Assembly (NCBI GenBank): GCA_051294375.1
Contig: JBJCIZ010001570.1
Location: 1 to 35,940 of the forward strand
Direction of reading: 5' to 3'
From: Paraspadella gotoi
Taxonomy: Eukaryota; Animalia; Chaetognatha
Length of the DNA stretch: 35,940 nucleotides
The notes below the pieces were generated by a model that was not told the origin of the DNA, ran no database searches, and saw only the letters and a list, made by a program, of their open reading frames with translations. Position 1 is the stretch's first letter, and each line of letters begins with the position of its first letter. The translations under genes were made by a program, and so were the position numbers. Below, piece after piece: positions 22,366 to 33,258 of the stretch.

Positions 22366-23626
22366 ATGGATTCCTTACCGAAGATTGACATCAAACCATT
22401 CCTTATACTGAAAACAAGACATTGAAGTTTGGTTAACCAAATATGTCCTAGCTGTTGTTGCAGCCCTACAGATGATGCCACCAACCAATCCAAAGCAAAT
22501 GCCTGCCAACACTTACCTACCAAACTTGAATGATTGGGCCCTCAAGCTTATATGAAGGCTCTGAGAACAAAACAATTGGCCAGCACTAAAGGCCGACTTA
22601 TCTCCAAGCTTATCGGACCCCTCAAAAAACAAAAGTTTCAAGACAATCTAGACCCCTTAAAATGGGATGGTGAAGTCCCTTTACATGTCTTTGAAAAAAC
22701 AAGTGATAACAGACACACGGCTCTCTTCATCCCTTTGTAGCAGCAATCCAGAGCTGTTTCAACAGGAAATCCAAAACGTTTCATTGCAGGACTTACCTCC
22801 TGACTACAAGTCCTTTGTAGAAGTCGGCCTTAGCTCTCCGCACTTATGACATCACTAAAGCCCGTGAACGAGCAGAAAAGTGGAAAGAACTATTGGAGAA
22901 TCAGATTGGTAAATTATCCATTTGCTGGCACTTGGGCAGGTATAACGGGACCTACAAACAGTCTCATTATACAGGAGCTTGCTATGAGAGACAATGAGAT
23001 TGGAAGCCACTCACTAACAAAATAACACAACTTGACCTTACTCCACAGGCAAAGCCTGGAAACACAAAAAGAAATTAAGCCAACGATCACCCGCAACATT
23101 GGAAGAGCTGAAATCAGAAAGAAGGCAAAGAGAGTATAGATACCGCTCTCCTAGCCATGACAGATTTCGGGATGACAGGAGACGTTTATGACCGCTATGA
23201 AACGTGGTTACCGCAGCAGAGGATACCGCAGGGATCATTCTCGGGATACAAACCGCAATTATGGCGACTCCAATTACCGCAGCCCAAGAGACAGATATCG
23301 GTACAGGCCCTCGCGACCCAGGAATAACAGCTGGGGTGGGCAAAATAGCCCCAGGCAACCTTATCCAAGAAGAGACTATTCAGACAATCGTGAAAGCAGA
23401 AACCCTCAATTTGTGGGAAAAACTAGAATTTGAAGACAGACGTTCGAGACAACAGCTCAGAATCTAGAGACTACAGAAGTTCTAGCAACAGAAGCTACCA
23501 AGATCCCAAAAGCCCCTCCACTTATGCAAACACCAGAGCATCCATTGGCAATCACAACAGCATGAATCTCCTTACAGACGCCGCAGAGACTCCTCATCTC
23601 CAAAAACCAATCAAAGAGGATTCTAG
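22366..23626 (+). CDS. gag: gag of copy B (~420 aa, frameshifted)
   Basis: MDSLPKIDIKPF...DIEVWLTKYVLAV, capsid-like helical region (..KRFIAGLPPDYKSFVE..), then an R/S/D/Y-rich basic tail; located directly before the protease. Confidence 0.78.
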
Positions 23627-26600
23627 GATCCGACCATACGCAAGAGCCACGATATAGTCGGATATCCTGTAAGGCTCCCACTTAAACCTTTACCAAGCCA
23701 GACTAATTACAGAGATCTACTGTAACATGTAAAAACAGAATCCATTTTTAACCCTCATAGATACAGGATGTTCCACTACTTGTGTTGCGGAAGCATTCAT
23801 CCAAAGAACGCCTCAATTTACAACATGTCCGCATTTCAACCACAAACAAACGTGGTCACTCCATTGATGGCTCCAGCATAATCACAATCGGGCTCATTCA
23901 GCTCGAATTCTCAATAAATGATGTTTCCTTCTCTGTAAATGCTAGAGTAATGAGAGGTTTAGTTAAACCAATAGTTTTAGGATGGGATTTCCTTTGCCAT
24001 CACGATCCATCATAGACTTAGACAAAGGCCAACTCAAGATGAAAGACGATTAACATCCCATTTTTGAAAACCATCACACTGAAATCCTCCCCACCTCTCC
24101 TCCTTTGAATCTGTAGTTATTCCTCCTTTTTCTCGTATGCCCATTAAGGCTGTAATTCCATACTGAACCAAGATCTCTACAAAAATTGGGAAACCCTTTA
24201 TCATATCTCAACCTTTACAAGAATATTCGCCCACACAAGGAGTTACTGTTGGTGCCTCATTGTCATCTGTCAATGAAGGAATCACCTAATGTGGAAGTGC
24301 TTAACTGTTTTCCCACTCCAGTAATTATTAATCAAGATACACTTCTGTCCTCATTTGAATTTTATGACCAATCAGCCTCAGAAGATCCAACTTTTCTTTC
24401 TTTGTTGATGAATTGGCTAACATCCCAGATAACCATAATCACCAAACTAATACTTCAGCAACAACCTGAAACTAAACAGGAAAATAATTCACTCTGGATC
24501 TCTCCAAAGCAGAAATTCCAGATGGCGAAAACCACAAGAACTAGAGATTTATTAAAAGTCAAACACTCTAAGTGCTTTTTGCATGCATGATAAAGACATG
24601 GAAAAGCTACTCTGGCAAAACATTATTGCAAATTGAAGCCAGGCGCCAACCCATAAGAGTACCGACAATTTCGTTGCACGCCAGAATGGCTGAAAGAATA
24701 GAAAAAAAGTGACAGCATGTGGCAAGAAAGGTATTTCCAACCTTCAGAGAGTCCATACAATTTCCCAATTATCTTGGTTCCCAAAGAAAGATGGAAAAGA
24801 TAGATTGTAGTGGACCTCAGGAAACTCAAGTGCACAATCAGAAAAATACCATTATCCAATGGAACACATATCAGATTGCCTACAAAAGAATTAAAGGCAA
24901 AATATTTTCACAAATGGACCTCCTTAAAGGATTTTACCAAATCCCCATAGCCAAATCTCATAAAAATTTACGCTTTCAGCACACCATCCAGACATTGGGA
25001 GATGTGTCGCTGCCCAATGGGTGAACTTAACTCCACATCAACAATGAATGCAATGCATGCAGCTTCATATTCAAAAGACTTTTCACCAGAACACCTCCTC
25101 ACTTTTCTTGACGACATACTTGTAGCCTCACTCAATTACAGGACCCACCTCAAAATGCTAGACAGAGTCCTGACCGCTCTAGAGAATGCAAACCTAAAAC
25201 TTCATCCAGAAAAATCCTTTTTCTGCAGAAGCAAAGTCGTCAGCCTTGCTTTCTCCTCTCTGGTGAAGGAATATCTCGCAAATCCCAAGAACTTGAAAAA
25301 AATCAGGTCTTGGCCAATACCAAAGAATGTGAAGGAAACCAGAGGCATCCTTGGCTTGGCATCCTTTTATCGCCACTTCATAAAAAGACTTCTCAAAAAT
25401 TGCCTGCTCCTTTAACGGATTCTAACAAAGAAGGAATCACCTTTCCAATGGAATGAAAAATGTCAAATAGCATTCGAGCAATTGCTCAAAGCCCTAACAT
25501 CAGATTCCATAGTCGCCTATCCAGATTTCAACAAGGAATTTATCCTTAGGACAGATGCCAGTTTAGAAGCAATTGGAATGGTCCTTCTACAAAAACATTG
25601 ACAAAAGAAAAGGTCATCTGTTATGACTCTCAAAAAGCTGTCTGAAAGGCAACAAAATTGGGCTACTTTTGACCGAGAAATTTTTCTCACTCTATAATTG
25701 GATTAAAGCTTACCGCCACTACCTAGTAAATAAACACTTCACAGCAATCACTGATCACAAGCCATTGCTAAGTTGGAACAAACAAGATACCACCAAAGAT
25801 CCCACTGGAAGACGTCTCCCCGCTGGGCAATATTTCTAAACACCTTCTCTCTTTCACTTTATTACATCGACCTGGCAAAAGCATTGGAGATGCTGACGCA
25901 ATGTCACGGAGACCTCTGCATACCACTAATGAATCCATTACAGGACAAGAAAATTTTGAATCATTTTTAAAAGATATCCAAATTGAGGAAACTCAATCAT
26001 CACACACAAACAAAACAGACATGTTCTGCTTGGGAGTAACAGAAGATGACCACCACAACTTGGTTAACATCCTTTGTGAAGAACAATCATTAGAACATCT
26101 GAAAACACAACAAAGAAATGAACCCTGACATAATGTTCAGTCATTCAACAAAAATCAACACACAACAGAAAGAAACCAGATCAAGGTTCTGTCACCAACA
26201 AATGGTACGCAAAACAATACCCAGCCTACAACTCAAAGGATGAGTTTCTCTATCGCTCAACCAAACATCCTGATTTTCCTTTTCTCATACTACAAACCAT
26301 TGTCCATCCACTGTTGTGGAAAATATCCTAAAAGAAACGCATGGAAACTCATTTACTGGTCACCCAGGAAAACAAAAGATGATGAAAACCATCACCAAAT
26401 ATGCCATTTGGCCCAATTTGTGGTCAGACATAGACAATTACGTGGAGAATTGCTATGAATGCCAAATGTCTCAGAGAACCAAATCCACCATAAAGGCACC
26501 CTTAGTACCTTTGGAAGTCGTTTAGACCTATGCAGCAGATACAAGCAGATCTATTGAAGCCTCCCTCTTTCACATAGAGGCTTCAATTATATCTTGGTGA

Positions 26601-28123
26601 TCACTGATTTTTTACAAAATGGACAGAACTTTACGCAACAAAAAGTAAGACAGCTGAAGAAATAGCAGACCGCTTCAAGAATATATTCTCAGACATGGTC
26701 CGCCAGAATCATTCACCACAAGATAATGGCGGCGAATTTGAAAACGAAAATCATGCAGGTCCTTTGCAAATTTATGAACATTCATAAATCACATTCAACC
26801 TCATACCATCCACAGTCCCAAGGAGCCACAGAAAGGATAAATCGTTCAATTATTGCAGAGCTAACCAAACGCCTTCTGCACAAAGACAAACAGTGGCCGA
26901 AGCAATTGCCATTTCTAACAATATGCCATGAAACACACCCCTCATAGCACCACTAAACAGACGCCTTTTTCATGAAACATGTCATGAGGCCAACATTCCC
27001 ATCAACAAAATCATCCCTTCCAAAAATCCAAAACTCTCAGTTAAACAATACATTAGTGATATAAATAAACATTTCAAACATCACTCTAAAAGAAATCACA
27101 AAAGAAATACAACAAGCCAAAGAAAAACAAAAAACCAATATGATAAACAAATGAATATCAGCCTACCAAGAGGTGACAAAGTATGGGAATCAACCAACGT
27201 AACATGTCATGAAAAATTAACCCCGAGCACATCTGAAACGGTCCCTCTAAGCAAATTATCAGTAAGGGATAAACTACTACAAAGGACGGGAAACCTCCAG
27301 TTTAATTACATTTGCAAAAAAACCTGATGGTTCAAAATCTACCAAACACCACAATCAATTAAAACCATTCTCAGTACCAGAAAATCGTCTACTTCAACCC
27401 TCGGATCTTACAAAGCAAAATCCAACACCCAAAGCAACAAAAGTGAAACCAATCCTAAAAACAACCAACACAAGCCCCACTCATCAAATGACCACAAGAG
27501 CCCAACAAAAAGCTATACTTCTCGCCGCGTTCTCATTTGATTCTACCATCCCTTCACTGGAAGAAGATCCTGACATAGAACAACCCGTTTTCCACCTGAA
27601 GAAAAAATAATCAAGCACAAACAACATTGTCTGGACTGATGAAGTTCTGTTGCTTAGAAACATCACCCCTTCGGCGCCTGTGCTATCTCTCTCTTTTTNN
27701 NNNNNNNNNNNNNNNNNNNNNNNTAATCTTGCTCTCCCCAGGAAAAGATCCTATCACAGCTTCTTCCTCCAGAGAACCTCATTATAACTTTCGTAAACGT
27801 AAACAAAATACTAGTGATAATTCCTTTACCTTAAAGAAAGTAAAATCTAATGAATCAAAATCTAAAATAAAAAGTATATTTCGAAAATTAAGTGACGAAA
27901 TAATCCCTGATAATGATGGGTCAGAATTAGAAAAAGATTTAAATAAATCCCTACAAAAAGAAAATGACACTCAAAATCCTGTTCCAGGAATAGCAACAAC
28001 CTGGAAACCCATGATGGTTCTCTTTTATTAAGAGAAATAGTACAACACCACCGCTCAATATCTATGAGCTCCTTTTTAGTGCCACATGACGAGGGCTGAA
28101 ACAAGGCACTCCAGACCAAATAT
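23618..28123 (+). CDS. pol: pol polyprotein copy B (frameshifted)
   Basis: Protease LIDTGCSTTCV (~23754-23786); RT ..PMGELNS..LTFLDDILVAS (~25100-25130); RNase H TDAS; integrase HHCC and D,D(35)E core. Confidence 0.9.
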
Positions 28124-28503
28124 TCACTTATGTCGGTCTACCTTTTCCATGCAAATAAATTTTCTCTTCCGTCTTTATAATGTAAATTTTCTGCAAACCA
28201 CCCCAATAATCTTTCCATTTTTCTTTGTTTCCCAGTGAAATTTTTCATTTTTTGATTTAAAACTCCAGAATGGAAAACCGCCCGTTTTGTGAAAATAAAG
28301 AAAAGACAATGGAAGGAAGCAGAGAATCGACTTTTCTCGTCTTCAGCTCCAATGTTTAACCCATGTGACCTAGAAAATTTTCTCCCTCCAATGCGCCCAC
28401 CCCNNNNNNNNNNNNNNNNNNNNNNNNNNNNNNNNNNNNNNNNNNNNNNNNNNNNNNNNNNNNNNNNNNNNNNNNNNNNNNNNNNNNNNNNNNNNNNNNN
28501 NNN

Positions 28504-31500
28504 CTCCCCACCTCTCCTCCTTTGAATCTGTAGTTATTCCTCCTTTTTCTCGTATGCCCATTAAGGCTGTAATCCATACTGAACCAAGATCTCTACAAAA
28601 ATTGGGGAAACCCTTTATCATATCTCAACCTTTACAAGAATATTCGCCCACACAAGGAGTACTGGTTGGTGCCTCATTGTCATCTGTCAATGAAGGAATC
28701 ACCTATGTGGAAGTGCTTAACTGTTTTCCCACTCCAGTAATTATTAATCCAAGGATTACACCTTCTTGTCCTCATTTGAATTTTATGACCCATCAGCCTC
28801 AGAAGATCCAACTTTTCTTTCGTTTGTTGATGAATTGGCTAACATCCCAGATAACCATAAATCACCAAACTAATACTTCAGCAACAACCCCTGAAACTAA
28901 ACAGGAAAATCAATTCACTCTGGATCTCTCCAAAGCAGAAATTCCAGATGGCGAAAACCACAAAGACTAGAGAATTTATTAAAAGTCAAACACTCTAAGG
29001 CTTTGCATGGCATGATAAAGACATGGGAAAAGCTACTCTGGCAAAACATTATTGCAAATTGAAGCCAGGCCCACCCATAGGTACCACAATTTCGTTGCAC
29101 GCCAGAAATGGCTGAAAGAATAGAAAAAAAAGTGGACAGCATGTGGCAAGAAGGTATTTGCCAACCTTCAGAGAGTCCATACAATTTCCCAATTATCTTG
29201 GTCCCAAAGAAAGATGGAAAAGATAGATTCGTAGTGGACCTCAGGAAACCTCAATGCACAATCAGACCACGTACCAACGAAAAAGGAAAATCAACCACTA
29301 TCATCCTATATGCGAAAACAATATCGCATCTTGCGCCCCTACAATAGGCACGAACAATTTCAAACGGCAACAATATACTGCTTCCAAATGAGACCCTGCC
29401 CGTTCAAAGGATCTTATACCAATAATCCCATAGCCCCACACAATCTACATACGAAACATAACGCTTCTACCTTTCAGCACACCATCCAGGACCATTTGGG
29501 CATGATTTGTCGCTGCACCCAAATGGACGCTCGAACTTCAACTCCACAACTCAACAATGATAATTGCCAATGACTCGCCAGCTCACATATCAATCAAGAT
29601 ACCTTAACCACTTCAAGCGTCCCAGATAATACACGTCCCGTCACTTTATCTCGACCAACGGCACCCATCACCTTGCAAGTAATCCCTCACCGATCCACGA
29701 TCACAGGACCACCTCAGCAAATTGCCACATGCAGTAATGACCTACCGCCACAAGTCACCCCATGGCCTGGAACCCCCCGCGTTCATATGACGTTATGGCA
29801 AACCTAAACTTTTTCCATCCCTCACGGAAAAGCATCCAACGTTTTTGTCTGGACCGAACCTTCAACCTAGGAAGGAATCCCAACCTTATTCGTCATGCCT
29901 ATGGCTCTTTCTTCCTCCTCCTGTCGTGAAGGAACATACGCCTCCAAAATCCCCAAGGAACCTGAACAAAAGTCCATCGCGTCATACCGGTCCAGCGCAT
30001 CTATCCAGAGAGACAGACGTCCGAAGATAGCAAGACCCCACAAGGAAATCAATATCAACGTCGGGATTCCATCCTTCTGTCGCTCTCTTGGCATCCCTTT
30101 TATCGCACACCTTCCATTACAAAGTTCTCCTACATACCGACTTCATAAAAAAACCCAAAGATTGTCTCAAGCGACCCTTAACGGATCTGACAAAGAAGGA
30201 ATCACCTTTCCAACTGGAATGAAAAATGTCAAAATAGCATCGTCGAGCAATTTGCTCAAAGCCCTAACATCAGATCTCCATAGTCGCCCTATCCAGATTG
30301 TCCACGACTCAAGAGAATAACTATTACATCAGTATAACATATCCTCTGATAGGTACACGCCACGCGTTGACTCACGTTCTATATGAAGTCCTAAATCTCG
30401 ACAGTGACTCTCCAACGAATGATCCCACTACAATGACCTGGGTCGCCGTCCCTCTCCCCCGCCAACTTTCTCAAAAATCGATGACAAAAGAATGAATAAG
30501 GGCATTATCCCTGTGAACTTAGATACCCAGAAAAAGCCTTCAGGCGTCACTGATAAACAGACTCGGGCAAACAGAGATCTGGACCGTCTCGAGCTTATCA
30601 TCCTCTTTTAAAGAGAACACTGGACCGGGGAATCTTTTCTCACTCTACATGTAAGATACTACATGCCAATCAGAAGCATGCTATGCTATATATAAAAGTA
30701 CGTCTCTCGTCAACTACCGCTCCGATACCCGGCCACACGTATCTACGAAAAGTGCCTGCTACGAATAAACTCAGCTTTCACTAGCAATCACTTGACTACA
30801 CACAGCCACTTGCTAAGTATTGGAACAAAACATTAGCGATACCACCAAAGGATCCACTCGAAGAGCGCTCTCGCTGCGGCAATATTTCTAAACACCTTCT
30901 CTTTCACTTTATTACATCGACCTGGCAAAAGCATTGGAGATGCTGACGCAATGTCACGGAGACCCTCTGATACCACTAATGAATCCATTACAGGACAAGA
31001 AAATTTTGAATCATTTTTAAAAGATATCCAAATTGAGGAAACTCAATCATCACATACAAACAAAACAGACATGTTCTGCTTGGGAGTAACAGAAGATGAC
31101 CACCACAACTTGGTTAACATCCTTTGTGAAGAACAATCATTAGAACATCTCAAAACACAACAAAGAAATGACCCTGACATAATGTCAGTCATTCAACAAA
31201 AATCAACACACAACAGAAAGAAACCAGATCAAGGTTCTGTCACCAACAAATGGTACGCAAAACAATACCCAGCCCTACAACTCAAGGATGATGTTCTCTA
31301 TCGCTCAACCAAACATCCTGATTTTCCTTTTCTCATACTACAAACCATTGTCCCATCCACTGTTGTGGAAAATATCCTAAAAGAAACGCATGGAAACTCA
31401 TTTACTGGTCACCCAGGAAAACAAAAGATGATGAAAACCATCACCAAATATGCCATTTGGCCCAATTTGTGGTCAGACATAGACAATTACGTGGAGAATT

Positions 31501-33119
31501 GCTATGAATGCCAATGTCTCAGAGAACCAAATCCACCAATAAAGGCACCCTTAGTACCTTTGGAAGTCGTTAGACCTATGCAGCAGATACAAGCAGATCT
31601 ATTGAAACTCCCTCTTTCACATAGAGGCTTCAATTATATCTTGGTGATCAGCAAATGGACAGAACTTTACGCAACAAAAAGTAAGACAGCTGAAGAAATA
31701 GCAGACCGCTTTCAAGAATATATTCTCAGACATGGTCCCAGAATCATTCACCACAGATAAGCGGCGAATTTGAAAACGAAATCATGCAGGTCCTTTGCAA
31801 ATTTATGAACATTCATAAATCACATTCAACCTCATACCATCCACAGTCCCAAGGAGCCACAGAAAGGATAAATCGTTCAATTATTGCAGAGCTAACCAAA
31901 CGCCTTCTGCACAAAGACAAAACAGTGGCCGAAGCAATTGCCATTTCTACAATATGCCATGAACACCACCCCTCATAGCACCACTAAACAGACGCCTTTT
32001 TTCATGAAACATGGTCATGAGGCCAACATTCCCATCAAAAAATCATCCCTTCCAAAAATCCAAAACTCTCAGTTAAACAATACATTAGTGATATAAAAAT
32101 AAACATTTCAACATCACTCTAAAGAAATCACAAAAAGAAATACAACAAGCCAAAGAAAGACAAAAAACCAATATGATAAACAAATGAAATATCAGCCCTA
32201 CCAAGAAGGTGACAAAGTATGGGAATTTCAACCACGAACATTCATGAAAAATTAACCCCCAACTGGAACGGTCCCTCTACAATTATCAGTAAGAAAACTA
32301 CAAAGGACGGGAAACCTCCAGTAATTACATTTGCAAAACCTGATGGTTCAAAATCTACCAAACACCACAATCAATTAAAACCATTCTCAGTACCAGAAAA
32401 TCGTCTACTTCAACCCTCGGATCTTACAAAGCAAAATCCAACCCCAAAGCAACAAAAGTGAAACCAATCCTAAAAACAACCAACACAAGCCCCACTCATC
32501 AAATGACCACAAGAGCCCAACAAAAAGCTATACTTCTCGCCGCGTTCTCATTTGATTCTACCATCCCTTCACTGGAAGAAGATCCTGATATAGAACAACC
32601 CGTTTTCACTGAAGAAAACAATAATCAAGCAAACAACATTGTTGGACTTGATGAAGTTTTGTTGCTAGAAAACATCACCCCTTCGGCGCCTGGTGCTGTG
32701 AATTATAATCCCTTAGATGCTTCTATAATCTTGCTCTCCCCAGGAAAAGATCCTATCACAGCTTCTTCCTCCAGAGAACCTCATTATAACTTTCGTAAAC
32801 GTAAACAAAATACTAGTGATAATTCCTTTACCTTAAAGAAAGTAAAATCTTAATGAATCAAAATCTAAAATAAAAAGTATATTTCGAAAATTAAGTGACG
32901 AAATAATCCCTGATAATGATGGGTCAGAATTAGAAAAAGATTTAAATAAATCCCTACAAAAAGAAAATGACACTCAAAATCCTGTTCCAGGAAATAGCAC
33001 AACCTGGAAAACATGATGGTTTCTCTTTATTAAGAGAAAATAGTACAACACACCGCTCAATATCTATGAGCTCCTTTTGTGCCAATGACGAGGCTGAAAC
33101 AAGCACTCCAGACAAATAA
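28504..33119 (+). CDS. pol: Second pass through pol (PR-RT spacer to tail) after the 100-N gap; 29250-30880 is heavily insertion-corrupted
   Basis: Restarts at CTCCCCACCTCTCCTCCTTTGAATC (= ~24087). The 269-aa ORF 30951-31760 contains integrase HHCC and the first catalytic D (QIQADL). Confidence 0.88.
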
Positions 33120-33258
33120 TTCACTTTGTCGGTCTACCTTTTCCTATGCAAATAAATTGTCTCTTCTGTTTTATATGTAAATTTTCTGCAAACCACCCCA
33201 ATAATCTTCCCCATTTTCTTTTCCCAGTGAAATTCATTTTTTTGATTAAAACTCCAGA

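Larger units (their letters stand above)
149..28503. other. Assembly gaps: 149-618 (470 N); 3890-3914, 8270-8294, 16937-16961, 27699-27723 (25 N each); 28404-28503 (100 N)
   Basis: N runs counted directly; several coincide with duplication or inversion breakpoints. Confidence 0.97.

Noticed and set aside
29250-30880. Novel ORFs or an inserted domain inside RT (e.g. 29895-30320; also 5850-6540)
   Set aside because: The RT/RNase H sequence can be traced through it with many random insertions, i.e. uncorrected long-read sequence.
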